Numbered from the whole stretch's first letter, positions 37,041-47,796 are shown. The stretch is DNA of 63,736 nt, filler included, from Licmophora abbreviata (GCA_900291995.1; 22 parts of 22 records of this genome joined end to end with filler, not necessarily neighbours in it); one strand, 5' to 3'. Notes: generated by a model not told the origin, from the letters alone. Program-made: numbers and translations.

Positions 37041-38887
37041 ATGGTGACGAGGTGCGCGGGCGTGGCCCTTGCCGCATGGGTGATACTGCTTGCCTGCGCA
37101 GCACAGGCCAAAGAACGGGCCGGGGAACGGGCGGGAGAGCGTCTGACGATCCTGTCATGGCAGGCGCCATCGACGCTCAACCCCTATCTTTCGGCGGGTG
37201 CCAAGGATGTCGAGGCGGCGAGCCTTGTGCTGGAGCCGCTGGCGCGCTTCACCCCCGAGGGGCAGTTGATCGCCTGGTTGGCGGAAGAGATCCCAACGCT
37301 TGAAAATGGCGGGCGCAGCGCGGACATGATGGCGATCACATGGCGCCTGCGAGAGGGGCTGCTGTGGTCCGATGGCAGCGCGGTGACATCCCAGGATGTG
37401 CGCTTCACCTGGGCCTATTGCACCGCCGAGGGGGCGGGCTGCGCGCAGGCGGCCAAGTTCGACGGGATCGCCGGGATCGAAACGCCCGATGCGCGCACGA
37501 TCACGATCCGTTTCAACGCGCCACAGCCCAATCCCTATGCCGCCTTTGTCGGAGCCCAGACACCGATCCTGCAAGGCGCGCAATTCGCCGCCTGCATGGG
37601 GGCGCAGAGCGCCGCCTGCACGGCCCAGAATTTCGCACCGATCGGCACCGGCCCTTTCACGGTGGTCGCGTTCTGGCCCAATGACNNNNNNNNNNNNNNN
37701 NNNNNNNNNNNNNNNNNNNNNNNNNNNNNTTAATTAATTAANNNNNNNNNNNNNNNNNNNNNNNNNNNNNNNNNNNNNNNNNNNNCACGGTGGTCGCGTT
37801 CTGGCCCAATGACGTGATCCGCTTTGCCGCCAATCCGCAGTATCGCGACCCTGCCCTGCCGGGCTTTGCCGAGGTGGTGCTGAAGGGCGGCGGCGATGCT
37901 TCGGGGGCGGCGCGCGCGGTGTTCCAGACCGCCGAGGCGGATTATGCCACCAACCTGCAACTGGCGCCCGAGCTGCTGGAGCGGATGGCGCAGGGCGGGC
38001 GGGGCAAGATCGAGACCGCCTTCGGCCCGCTGGTCGAGTATATCGCGCTCAACCTCACCGATCCCGACCCAAAGCATGGCGCTGCGCGCGCAACACGGGC
38101 GCATCCCCATCCGGTGCTGAGCGATGCGCTGGTGCGCAGGGCGCTGTCGCTGGCGCTGGACCGTGCAGCACTTGTCGAGATCGGCTATGGCGCCGCCGGG
38201 CGTGCGACCTGCAATATCGTGGTGGCGCCGGCGCATGTCGCCTCAACCGCCAATGATGCCTGCCACATGCAGGACATCGAGACCGCGCGCGCCCTTCTGG
38301 ATCAGGCGGGCTGGCGCGACAGCGATGGCGACGGCATCCGCGACAAGGACGGGCGAGCCCTCAGCCTGAGCTTTCAGACATCCACCAACGCGGTGAGGCA
38401 GGATTTCCAGGCCATTATCAAGCATTGGTGGACGCAGATCGGCGTGGGTGCGGAGTTGCGCAACATCAATGCGTCGGTGTTTTTCGGCAGCGACCCGGCG
38501 AACCCCGACACGTTCCAGAAATTCCATGCCGATGCGCAGATGTTCGCCTCGATGTTCGATGGCACCGATCCCGAGACGTTTTTGCGCAACTGGCGCTGCG
38601 ACCGGATTCCCGGCCCCGACAATGGCTGGCAGGGCAGCAACGTGCCGCGGTTTTGCGATGCGGAGTACGACCGGCTGACCGAGGAATTGGCGCGCTCGGG
38701 CGCGCCCGATGAGCGCGTGCGGCTGGTGCGCGCGCTCAATGACAGGTTGGTGCAGGATCACGTTCTTGTGCCGCTGGTGGCGCGAGGGCGCGTCTCGGGG
38801 CGGGCCAAAGGGCTTGCGGGCGTCGAGATGAACCCTTGGGACAGTGAGTTCTGGAACATCGCGCAATGGCGCAGGCAGGCCGAATGA
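37041..38887 (+). CDS. Peptide ABC transporter substrate-binding protein, family 5 (false gap 37686-37785)
   Basis: Signal peptide, LNPYLS, WSDG..VT..DVRFTW, PIGTGPF; 28-bp overlap across the linker. Confidence 0.92.
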
Positions 38888-39900
38888 CGCAAGCAAGCGG
38901 CCTGATCCGAAGTGCCGGACGCGCGGGCGCGACGCTGCTGATCTTCGCGCTGGCGATCTTTGCACTGATGGAGCTGGCGCCGGGCGATCCGATGGCGCAA
39001 GTGCCGATGACGGTACCCGACGAGGTCAAGGACGAGATGCGCCGCGCGCTTGGTCTTGATGAGCCTGCGCATCTGCGCTTCGGGCTCTGGCTGTGGCAGC
39101 TTTGCGTGATCGAGCCGCTGGCGGGGCTGGATGCCGTTCTGGGCACGCAGCTGAGCGAGGGGTGGCCGCGCATCCTGAGTTGGCAGGCCCGCGCGCCGGT
39201 GATGCAGATCGTCGCCTCGCATCTGCCGCAGACACTGTGGGTGGTCGGGTTGGCCTATGTGGTCGGCGTGGCCATCGCCCTGCCGCTTGGCATCTGTCAG
39301 GCCTGGTGGCGGCATTCGGTGTTCGACCGGGCGGGCACCGCCGTGACCATGCTGGCCTATTCGGTGCCGCCGTTCCTGTCGGGGGTGGTGCTGATCGCGG
39401 TGTTTTCAGTGTGGCTTGGCTGGCTGCCGTCGATCTATGACACGACCCATGCGGTGCGCGGCTGGTCCGATCTGTGGGTGCAGGCGCGGCAGATGATCCT
39501 GCCGGTCGCGGTGCTGGCGGTGCAGACCACGGCATTGATCGCGCGCTATACAAGGGCTGCGGTGCTGGAGAACCTGCAGATGGACCACGTGCGCACCGCC
39601 CGGTCCAAGGGGCTGAGCGAAGCGGCGGTGCTGGCGCGGCATGTGCTGCGGCAATCGATGATCCCGGTTGTCACGGTGATCGCCCTTGGGCTGCCGCAAG
39701 TCTTTGGCGGCGCGGTGGTGACCGAGCAGATCTTTCTGGTCAACGGGTTGGGGCATCTGCTGATTTCGTCGATCGAGGCCAATGACCTGCCGGTGGTGCG
39801 CACGGTGACTTTCCTGATGGCGGTGCTGATCGTGCTGGCCAATCTGGCCGCCGATATGACCTGCCGTCTTCTGGACCCCAGGATCGGCGCGCATGACTGA
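38884..39900 (+). CDS. Peptide ABC permease (DppB/OppB-like)
   Basis: APGDP, VRTARSKGL EAA loop, LDPRI. Confidence 0.93.
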   Translation: MTQASGLIRSAGRAGATLLIFALAIFALMELAPGDPMAQVPMTVPDEVKDEMRRALGLDEPAHLRFGLWLWQLCVIEPLAGLDAVLGTQLSEGWPRILSWQARAPVMQIVASHLPQTLWVVGLAYVVGVAIALPLGICQAWWRHSVFDRAGTAVTMLAYSVPPFLSGVVLIAVFSVWLGWLPSIYDTTHAVRGWSDLWVQARQMILPVAVLAVQTTALIARYTRAAVLENLQMDHVRTARSKGLSEAAVLARHVLRQSMIPVVTVIALGLPQVFGGAVVTEQIFLVNGLGHLLISSIEANDLPVVRTVTFLMAVLIVLANLAADMTCRLLDPRIGAHD

Positions 39901-40807
39901 GCCTGTGTCGCATCGCCCTGCCCCAAAGACGGCGGTTGCGGCGCGCCTGCTGCGCCGGCGGATCGGCGCGCATAGGGGCGCTGTCGCGGGCGGGCTGGTC
40001 TTTGCCGCCATCTGCATGGCGGTCTTTCCCGGCGCGATGCTGTGGGGGGTCGATCCGGCGGCGGTCGATCTTGGCAACCGCAATGCGCCGGCCGGTCTGG
40101 CGCATCCTTTGGGAACCGATCAGCTGGGACGGGACATTCTGGCGCGGGTGCTGACAGGCGGGCGCATCTCGATCGCGGTGGGGGTTGCGGCGATGATGGT
40201 GGCGCTTGGACTGGGCACGCTCGTCGGGGTGGTGGCGGGCCTGTCGCGGAGGCTGGACGGGCCGTTGATGCGGCTGACGGACCTGTTTCTGGCGCTGCCG
40301 TTGCTGCCGCTGCTTCTGGTGGTGATGATGCTGTTCCGCGACGCGCTGTCAGAGGGGCTTGGCCCGCAAGCGGGACTTTTCGTGCTGATCGTGTGCGCGG
40401 TCGGGATCACCAGCTGGATGACCACGGCGCGGGTGGTGCGCGCCGAGGTGCTGGCGCTGAAAGAACGCGATTTCATCCGCGCGGCCCGCGCCATGGGCGT
40501 GTCGGATATGGGGCTGATCCTGCACCATATCCTGCCCAATGTGGCCGCGCCGATCCTTGTGTCGGCGAGCCTCGGGATCGCCAGCGCGATCCTGACGGAA
40601 TCGGCCCTGAGCTTTCTGGGGCTGGGATTTCCACCGGATTTCCCCACATGGGGCCGATTGGTCAGTGATGCGGCGGCGGGTCTCTTGAACCATCCCGGGC
40701 GGGTGATCTGGCCCGGGATGGCGATTTCGCTGACCGTGCTGAGCGTCACCTGGATGGCCGATGCGCTTGGCGATGCGCTGGACCCGCGCCGCGCGACGCC
40801 GCGTTAA
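39893..40807 (+). CDS. Peptide ABC permease (DppC/OppC-like)
   Basis: HPLGTDQLGRD, FIRAARAMG, ESALSFLGLG. Confidence 0.93.
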   Translation: MTEPVSHRPAPKTAVAARLLRRRIGAHRGAVAGGLVFAAICMAVFPGAMLWGVDPAAVDLGNRNAPAGLAHPLGTDQLGRDILARVLTGGRISIAVGVAAMMVALGLGTLVGVVAGLSRRLDGPLMRLTDLFLALPLLPLLLVVMMLFRDALSEGLGPQAGLFVLIVCAVGITSWMTTARVVRAEVLALKERDFIRAARAMGVSDMGLILHHILPNVAAPILVSASLGIASAILTESALSFLGLGFPPDFPTWGRLVSDAAAGLLNHPGRVIWPGMAISLTVLSVTWMADALGDALDPRRATPR

Positions 40808-42078
40808 TCCACGCCCTGCTGCGCCTTGGCCACCGCCTGCGTCATAGCCGACAGGAAGCGGCGCACCTCGTCTTCGGTGTTGTAGTGGCAGACCGAGACG
40901 CGGATGCAGTCCTCGAGCCCCAAAGGACCAAGGATATTGCCGCAATAATGGTCGTTCTTGCGGATATGCACGCGGATGCCGTTGTCGCGCAGATGCTGGA
41001 CCAGATCGGCAGAGGCCATGCCCGCAAGGCGAAGCGAGACCACGCCTTCGCGGCCCTCGATCGCGGCACCGCCGATCAGCTGTACACCCGGCATATCCGT
41101 CAATCCCGGAAGATTGCCAGCCCCCTGCAGCATGGCGCGCATCAGATGTTCCTCATGGGCGCGGATCGCCTGACCCGCCGCCTCGAGCCGGGCGCGCCTT
41201 TCGGTGCTTTCGCTGAAGCTGCTGCCCAACCACGCGAGATACTCCACCACATCCGAAAAGGTGGCATAGGCGCCGGTGTCGCGGGTGCCCATTTCCCAGT
41301 TGGCAGCGGGACCGTTGACGATCTGCTCTTTCGGGCAGGCGGTCAGCCGCTCCGAGGCCCAGCCCACCCCATAGCCGTGGCGCGAAAACATCTTGTAGGG
41401 CGAGAGCGCATAGCCATCCGCGCCGATCGCGGCGACATCCACCGCGCCGTGGCTGGCATGCTGAATGCCGTCGACGATGATGAAACACTCGGGCGCAATC
41501 TCGCGGATCGTGGCGGCGACGGCGGCCACATCGACCAACATGCCGGTGACCGGCGAGGTGTGCACGATGGTGGCCACCCGCGTGTCGGGCGTCACGGCGG
41601 CGCGATAGGCCTCGGCGGTGACTGTGCCGGTCGCGTTGTCATGAGCCACGCGGACATGCGGGCGGCCCGTCGCTTCGGCCCACCGCGCCATGGCGCTGGC
41701 GGAGGCTGGATGTTCCAGCGTCGAGCCGATCATATACCCGCCCGCCGATGCGCCGAAAGCGGCAGTGCGGACCAATCGGAACAACACCTCGGTGCCGCTT
41801 TCGCCAACAAAACACTGGCCACCGGGCGCGTTGAGAAACAGTGCCATATCGGCCTTGCCGCGCGCGATGGTCTCCATCAAGGCCTGCGATGCCGGATTGT
41901 CACGGCCCTGATTGTCCGGATAGCCCGCATAGGCGGCAGAGCTTTCGATCACGGATTTGAGCCGCAGCGCGCCGCCCGCATTCTCGAAGAAGATGCGGGG
42001 GCCCTCGAAGGGGCAGGTCTCGACATGGGCAAAACGGGAGCGGACGGCATCCATCAGGCCGGGGGTTTCGGCGATCAT
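40804..42078 (-). CDS. Class V PLP aminotransferase, cysteine desulfurase-like
   Basis: FENAGG, EHPA, VDGIQ, SPYKMF, IRVSVCHYNT. Confidence 0.88.
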   Translation of the reverse strand: MIAETPGLMDAVRSRFAHVETCPFEGPRIFFENAGGALRLKSVIESSAAYAGYPDNQGRDNPASQALMETIARGKADMALFLNAPGGQCFVGESGTEVLFRLVRTAAFGASAGGYMIGSTLEHPASASAMARWAEATGRPHVRVAHDNATGTVTAEAYRAAVTPDTRVATIVHTSPVTGMLVDVAAVAATIREIAPECFIIVDGIQHASHGAVDVAAIGADGYALSPYKMFSRHGYGVGWASERLTACPKEQIVNGPAANWEMGTRDTGAYATFSDVVEYLAWLGSSFSESTERRARLEAAGQAIRAHEEHLMRAMLQGAGNLPGLTDMPGVQLIGGAAIEGREGVVSLRLAGMASADLVQHLRDNGIRVHIRKNDHYCGNILGPLGLEDCIRVSVCHYNTEDEVRRFLSAMTQAVAKAQQGVD

Positions 42079-42363
42079 GCGGGAAAATCTTCCTTCTGCG
42101 CGGGGTGAAAGGGAGCGTCATGCCGCGAATGGCGAGGGGGACCATCTGCCACACAGGGCCGGAATTCAAGGGCCAAGGGCTGCATGAGGGCCATCGCCCA
42201 TGCCGCGGCGCGTTCTGGGCGCCGGTCACAAGAAAAGAACCGCTATTGCCGGTGAGAGCCGCTGCGCCGAACGCAGCGGTGCTACGGGCGCCCCTAATGG
42301 AACATACATTCTTCGCAGGCGCAGAATATGGGAAATCGTTCCACCTTCGAACGTGATCATACA

Positions 42364-42381
42364 TATTAACATGCTTGAATA
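42364..42381. promoter_or_regulatory. Putative ArsR-family (SqrR/BigR-type) operator
   Basis: tATTA-N8-GAATa, one mismatch to ATTC-N8-GAAT, ~55 bp upstream of the YeeE start. Confidence 0.5.
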
Positions 42382-42433
42382 AGCGAGTGTAACACGTCAT
42401 CTGGAACGAAATTCCAACTCCGGGAGAACCGCC

Positions 42434-42989
42434 ATGTTCGAAACTCTGGGCTTCGAGACCTTGACCGCGCCGCAAGCGGCGGTCTGGTTCGCACTTGGTC
42501 TGGGCGTCGTGTTCGGGGCCTTGGCGCAAGTGACACGCTTCTGCCTGCGCCGCGCCCTGGTGGGCGAGGATCGCCGGCAGGCGGCGGGCGTCTGGCTGAC
42601 CGCGCTGGCGGTGGCGGTTCTGGGCACGCAGGCTGCCGTGGCGCAGGGCTGGATCGGGTTCGGCGCGCATCGTTTCATGGCGGCCGAACTGCCGGTCGTG
42701 GCGATCCTTGTGGGCGGTCTGATGTTCGGTGCGGGCATGATCCTCACGCGCGGTTGCGTATCGCGGATGACGGTTCTGACGGGGTCGGGCAATCTGCGGG
42801 CGCTGGTGGTGCTGGTGGTCTTCGCGCTGACAGCCCATGCTACGCTGAAAGGTGTCTTGGCCCCGTTGCGCACGACGCTCGGGTCGGCCACCTTGAGCCT
42901 CGAGACGGCCGCATTGCCGGGCAATGCGCTGATTTGGGCGGGGTAGATCGCGCTTGCGGCGCTGATCTATGCGCTGCGCTCGGGCAACA
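42434..42989 (+). CDS. YeeE/YedE sulfur-compound transporter, partial; in-frame TAG at 42944-42946
   Basis: RFC motif, GGLMFGAGMILTRGC; reading frame continues IALAALIYALRSGN after the TAG until the gap. Confidence 0.88.
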
Positions 42990-43375
42990 NNNNNNNNNNN
43001 NNNNNNNNNNNNNNNNNNNNNNNNNNNNNNNNNTTAATTAATTAANNNNNNNNNNNNNNNNNNNNNNNNNNNNNNNNNNNNNNNNNNNNGGACGAGACCA
43101 GCGACGCGGCGCAGGACATCACCAAGGGCGACAGGCCACAAAGCTAGATCAGGCCATCGAGCCGCAGGGATCATGCCCCGGGGCTTTTGCGCCGTATCGC
43201 AAGCCGGGCGTCATCCGCCATAAGTTTCGCGTGGATTGCCGGTACCACACGCGGCCTGACGCGGATGGCACATAAAAGATAATGCGGGCCGATACACAAA
43301 CTTTTTTGTCCGTCGCCCCTTCAATTCCCACGTGTTTGCAATAAACTCCACCCTCCGAGTCGCAAAGGTAGAGCC

Positions 43376-43999
43376 ATGTCCAAGACAGATCCCTTCGGTT
43401 TCGACATGTCGGTTTCGTCGGCGAAGAAGAAAAATCCTCGCGGGCGGCGAGGCATGTCGGGCGCGTCCGAAACCTCAACGCGCATTTGCGAGAAAGACGG
43501 CTGTCAGGAGCCGGGCAAATACCGCGCTCCCAAGGCCCCTGATGTGCTGGATGAGTATTTCTGGTTCTGCAAGGACCATGTGCGGGAATACAATCAGGAG
43601 TGGAACTTCTTCCACGGCACCACCGAGGCCGAGATGAACGCGCAGATGTCCAAGGACAAGGTCTGGGAGCGCGAGACAAAGGCTTTCGTCGACCCTGAGC
43701 AGCGCGCGTGGGCGCGTCTGGGGATCGAAGACCCGCATCAGGTGCTGGGCGGAAACGCGACGCAGAATCCGGGCCGGGCCAAGGTGGGGGGGCGCAAGCT
43801 GCCGCCGACGGAACGGCGCGCGATCGAGATCCTGGAGGCCAAGGACGACTGGACCAAGACGGAAATCCGGAAATCCTACAAGGCGCTGATCAAGGTGCTG
43901 CATCCCGACATCAACGGCGGGGACCGCAGCCAGGAAGAACAGCTGCAGCAGGTGGTCTGGGCTTGGGACCAGATCAAGCAGAGCCGCAATTTCAAGTGA
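43376..43999 (+). CDS. J-domain protein (cobS-associated type)
   Basis: CxxxxC...FCxxHVREYN and C-terminal HPD J-domain. Confidence 0.92.
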   Translation: MSKTDPFGFDMSVSSAKKKNPRGRRGMSGASETSTRICEKDGCQEPGKYRAPKAPDVLDEYFWFCKDHVREYNQEWNFFHGTTEAEMNAQMSKDKVWERETKAFVDPEQRAWARLGIEDPHQVLGGNATQNPGRAKVGGRKLPPTERRAIEILEAKDDWTKTEIRKSYKALIKVLHPDINGGDRSQEEQLQQVVWAWDQIKQSRNFK

Positions 44000-44107
44000 A
44001 GCGGGACGCAAGGCCATTCCAATGGCCTTGCCCACGCGACTTCGAAATCGCGTTTCATGGCGCTTTCAAGCGCCATGGCACAAGGCCGGCGCCGGCAGCT
44101 CCCCGGA

Positions 44108-44584
44108 TCAGGTCGGCTTGAACACCAGGCTGACGCCGTTGATGCAGTGGCGCTTGCCAGTCGGCTGAGGACCATCGTCGAAGATATGCCCCAGATGGCT
44201 GCCGCAGCGCGCGCAATGGCATTCCGTGCGCGGAATGACGAGTTTCCAGTCACGTTTGGTGCCGATGGCCTGATCGTCGACCGCTTGCCAGAAGCTGGGC
44301 CAGCCGGTGCCGCTGTCGAACTTGTGCTGGCTTGAATAGAGTTCCAGATCGCACCCCCGGCAGTGATAGATCCCGGCGGTCTTGAGGTCATGCAGGGGCG
44401 ATGTGAAGGCGCGTTCGGTGCCTTCCTTGCGCATCACCTTATATTCCATATCGCTGAGCATGGCTTTCCATTCGGCATCGGTGCGGGTCACGTCGAACGC
44501 GCCTGATGCGGCCCCGCCCCTGCCGGAGATCGACAGGACCGCACTTGCGGTCATGATCGTTGCAATCGCTCTGCGTCGGTTCAT
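44108..44584 (-). CDS. msrB: Peptide-methionine (R)-S-oxide reductase with twin-arginine-like leader
   Basis: GTERAF, CRGC, KFDSGTGWPSF, CARC.SHLGHIFDDGP, RHCING. Confidence 0.95.
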   Translation of the reverse strand: MNRRRAIATIMTASAVLSISGRGGAASGAFDVTRTDAEWKAMLSDMEYKVMRKEGTERAFTSPLHDLKTAGIYHCRGCDLELYSSQHKFDSGTGWPSFWQAVDDQAIGTKRDWKLVIPRTECHCARCGSHLGHIFDDGPQPTGKRHCINGVSLVFKPT

Positions 44585-44626
44585 GGGGGCTCTCCTTTGG
44601 CTTTATACCTTGTAGAATTGAGCTGC

Positions 44627-44656
44627 GCGGGGCCGATACGCAATGCACGGCCCCGC
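44627..44656. other. Intercistronic stem-loop between fasciclin gene and msrB
   Basis: GCGGGGCCG-N12-CGGCCCCGC, no U-tract. Confidence 0.55.
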
Positions 44657-44670
44657 ACGATGCTGTGATC

Positions 44671-45231
44671 TCAGGACTGCGGGGGCAGAATGACCCTGTC
44701 GACCACATGGATCACGCCGTTGGACTGCTGCACATCGGCGATGGTCACGTTGATGACGCGGCCGCGTTCATCCTCGAGCATGATGCTGTCGCCCTTGTAG
44801 GTGGCCTGCAGCGTGCAGGTCCCGAGCGTGGGAACGGGATGCACGCCACCGTCATCGTCGATCATGCCCTTGATCGCCATCGACATCGCCTCGGCGCCGA
44901 CCACGTGGCATTTGAGGATGTTGGTCAGTTGCGCCTTGGCCTCGGGCTGAAGCAGCGCCTCGACCGTGCCTTCCTTGAGCATGCCGAAGGCCGCATCGGT
45001 CGGCGCGAAGACGGTGAACGGACCATCGGAATTCAGAACATCGACAAGGCCTGCCGCCTGCACCGCGGCCACAAGGGTTTCATGGTCCTTGGAGTTCACG
45101 GCATTTTCGACGATCGTCTTGTCGGCGAACATCGGCGCGCCGCCCACCATCGGGTTGTCGGCACTGGCCACGGATGCGCCGAGGCCAAGTGCGGCGGCGG
45201 CTGTTGCTGCGAAAAAAGTTGATCTGAACAT
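44671..45231 (-). CDS. Secreted fasciclin (FAS1) domain protein
   Basis: Signal peptide, TVFAPTDAAF, SNGVIHVVDRVILP. Confidence 0.95.
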   Translation of the reverse strand: MFRSTFFAATAAAALGLGASVASADNPMVGGAPMFADKTIVENAVNSKDHETLVAAVQAAGLVDVLNSDGPFTVFAPTDAAFGMLKEGTVEALLQPEAKAQLTNILKCHVVGAEAMSMAIKGMIDDDGGVHPVPTLGTCTLQATYKGDSIMLEDERGRVINVTIADVQQSNGVIHVVDRVILPPQS

Positions 45232-45284
45232 GAGAAATTCTCCTGATTTGCAATCCCGGGCGCAAGTGCCCGCAGACCCCGAAG

Positions 45285-45310
45285 TCACGCAGGGAGGATC
45301 AGGAAGTTTC
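45285..45310 (-). promoter_or_regulatory. ECF-type promoter upstream of fasciclin gene
   Basis: GAAAC-N16-CGTGA, matching generic ECF AAC/CGT boxes. Confidence 0.6.
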
Positions 45311-45321
45311 AGAAATCGGTC

Positions 45322-46124
45322 TCACGTGTTCGTGATCTGCGCCACGGCCAGCACAGCACCGGTCGGTGCGCCCGTGGGCGAGCCGCCTTCGGGTTCGTCA
45401 GATACCGCCAGGGCGGCCCCCTCAAGCCGGGGGCGCAGAGCCTCGGGGATGTTGATCACTCCGGCGCGCGCATCGGGCAACACCCCAAGGGAGNNNNNNN
45501 NNNNNNNNNNNNNNNNNNNNNNNNNNNNNNNNNNNNNTTAATTAATTAANNNNNNNNNNNNNNNNNNNNNNNNNNNNNNNNNNNNNNNNNNNNATCGGAT
45601 CCTGCGATCAGCCAAAGCTCAAGGGCACGGTCCTGCGCCGGGGCGCCGCTTTGGCGCTCGACAAAGAGCGTGCCTTGCTGCGCGTCATAGGCGGCAAAGA
45701 GGATCAGGTTGCGTTCTTCGGACACAAGTTCCGCGATATAGGCCGGATCCGAGGGGCCAGACGGCCCGCGCTGCATCATGTCCGCACCGACGATCAGCGC
45801 AATCACAAGCACGGTGGCGGTGATGCCGCCCATCAGGGGTCCAAGCCACCCGCCCGACCAGGCGGCAGAGGGGCGCACTCGGCCGCGCGAGCCAAATAGC
45901 CGCTCTTCGGTCCCGGCCCAAATCTGAGGCGGGGGGGCGACGGGGTCGATCCGGTCGGTCAGCCGGGCCAGATCCTCGGCCCAGTCGGCATAAAGTGCGC
46001 GCAACTTGGGATCGGATGCGAGACGCGCCTCGAAAGCCACCGCCTCGTCGGGCGGCAGAAGGCCAAGGGCATATTCCCCCGCCAGGGCCTTGTCGGCATC
46101 AGGTTCCGGCAACGCGTCGCTCAT
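45322..46124 (-). CDS. RskA-like anti-sigma factor (split by gap 45494-45593)
   Basis: LAGEYALGLL, one TM, ELWLI, LAVSDEPEGGSPTGAPTGAV; ATGA overlap with the sigma gene. Confidence 0.9.
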
Positions 46125-46663
46125 CGCGAGAGGCACTCCCTCAGTTTCAGTAGGCTGCGCCGCAGCCATGTCCGCATCGTGTTCAACGGCACGTCGAACC
46201 GTGCCGCAAGATCGGCATAGGTCTCGCCGTCAAGATAGGCGCCTTTTACCGCCTGCGCATGTCTTTCGTCCAATTCTCCAAGGCATCCGGTCAGACGCGC
46301 ATTGTCCGAGGCGGCCATGGCGCGCGCTTCGGGGCCGGGCGCGGGATCGGCCTGCAGGTCGGCGCCGTCGCTGTCGCCGGACATCGCGCGCCGGCGGCGC
46401 AAACGATCTATAGAGGCATTGCGGGCAATGGTGATCAGCCATGTCATCGGGCTCAGACCGTTCACGCGGTACTGCCCGGCATTGCGCCAGATCTTCACGT
46501 AAACGTCCTGCAGCACATCCTCGGCCTCGGAGCGGTCTTGCAAGACACGCAGGCAAATGCCGAAAAGTTTCGCCGATGTCGCCTGATAGAGCGCCGCGAA
46601 TGCCCGCCTGTCGCCCATGGCGCATCGAGCCAGCCAGTTTTCGATGTCATTACGACTCGCCAT
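46121..46663 (-). CDS. ECF sigma factor (SigK-like)
   Basis: AEDVLQDVYVKIW, WLITIARN, VPLNTMRTWLRR. Confidence 0.94.
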   Translation of the reverse strand: MASRNDIENWLARCAMGDRRAFAALYQATSAKLFGICLRVLQDRSEAEDVLQDVYVKIWRNAGQYRVNGLSPMTWLITIARNASIDRLRRRRAMSGDSDGADLQADPAPGPEARAMAASDNARLTGCLGELDERHAQAVKGAYLDGETYADLAARFDVPLNTMRTWLRRSLLKLRECLSR

Positions 46664-46809
46664 TCTTGCTGTTCTATTGCAGCCACAGGAGGTGTCCAGA
46701 GACGTTTGCGTCCGGCACCATGCAATTCCCGCCCTTCCCCTTGCTCTCGGACGCAATATGTTGCACCACGGAAATCAAACTCAAGATACCCGATTGAAGG
46801 ACTGCGCGA

Positions 46810-47796
46810 ATGGCTGACGGCAGCATCGATGTAAACGCGAAACCGACCGAGGAAATCTCGGTGCGCGAAGTTTTCGGCATCGACACGGACATGATTGTAA
46901 AAGGCTTTCCCGAGCGCACCGAGCGCGTGCCCGAGAATGACAGCACCTACAAGTTCGATCCCGACACGACACTGGCGATCCTTGCCGGGTTCAGCCATAA
47001 CCGCCGCGTCATGGTGCAAGGCTATCACGGCACGGGCAAATCCACGCATATCGAACAGGTGGCGAGCCGCTTGAACTGGCCCTGCGTGCGCGTCAATCTC
47101 GACAGTCATATCAGCCGGATCGACCTGATCGGCAAGGATGCGATCAAGCTGCGCGATGGCAAGCAGGTGACCGAGTTCCACGAAGGCATCCTGCCGTGGG
47201 CGCTGCGCAATCCGACGGCAATCGTGTTCGATGAATACGATGCGGGCCGGGCCGATGTGATGTTCGTGATCCAGCGCGTGCTGGAGGCCGATGGCAAGCT
47301 GACGCTACTGGACCAGAACGAGGTGATCTCGCCCAACCCGTATTTCCGCCTTTTCGCCACCGCCAACACCGTTGGTCTGGGCGACACCACCGGGCTTTAT
47401 CACGGCACCCAGCAGATCAACCAGGGTCAGATGGACCGCTGGAGCCTTGTCGCGACGCTCAATTATCTCAGCCATGACGCGGAAACCAACATCGTGCTTG
47501 CCAAGAACCCGGTCTACAACACCGCCGCCGGACGCAAGACCATCAGCCAGATGGTGACGGTCGCCGATCTGAGCCGCACCGCCTTCATGAATGGCGAGCT
47601 GTCCACTGTGATGAGCCCGCGCACGGTGATCGCATGGGCGCAGAACGCCACGATCTTCCGCGATGTGGGCTATGCGTTCCGGCTGACCTTCCTCAACAAA
47701 TGCGACGAGCTGGAACGGCAGACGGTGGCCGAATTCTATCAGCGCTGCTTTGACGAGGAACTGCCCGAAAGCGCCGCCAGCATGAGCCTTGGGTAA
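46810..47796 (+). CDS. cobS: Cobaltochelatase subunit CobS (AAA+)
   Basis: [26 protein letters not shown]. Confidence 0.96.
   Translation: MADGSIDVNAKPTEEISVREVFGIDTDMIVKGFPERTERVPENDSTYKFDPDTTLAILAGFSHNRRVMVQGYHGTGKSTHIEQVASRLNWPCVRVNLDSHISRIDLIGKDAIKLRDGKQVTEFHEGILPWALRNPTAIVFDEYDAGRADVMFVIQRVLEADGKLTLLDQNEVISPNPYFRLFATANTVGLGDTTGLYHGTQQINQGQMDRWSLVATLNYLSHDAETNIVLAKNPVYNTAAGRKTISQMVTVADLSRTAFMNGELSTVMSPRTVIAWAQNATIFRDVGYAFRLTFLNKCDELERQTVAEFYQRCFDEELPESAASMSLG

Noticed and set aside
37658..37813. 28-bp direct repeat in the ABC binding-protein gene
   Set aside because: Overlapping contig ends on each side of a linker, not a real duplication
43090..43147. Short plus-strand C-terminal fragment after a gap
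   Set aside because: Too short to identify
46664..46809. Cobalamin riboswitch before cobS, or autoregulatory ECF promoter
   Set aside because: No recognisable B12 box; CAAAC-N16-TGTGG lacks the CGT -10 element
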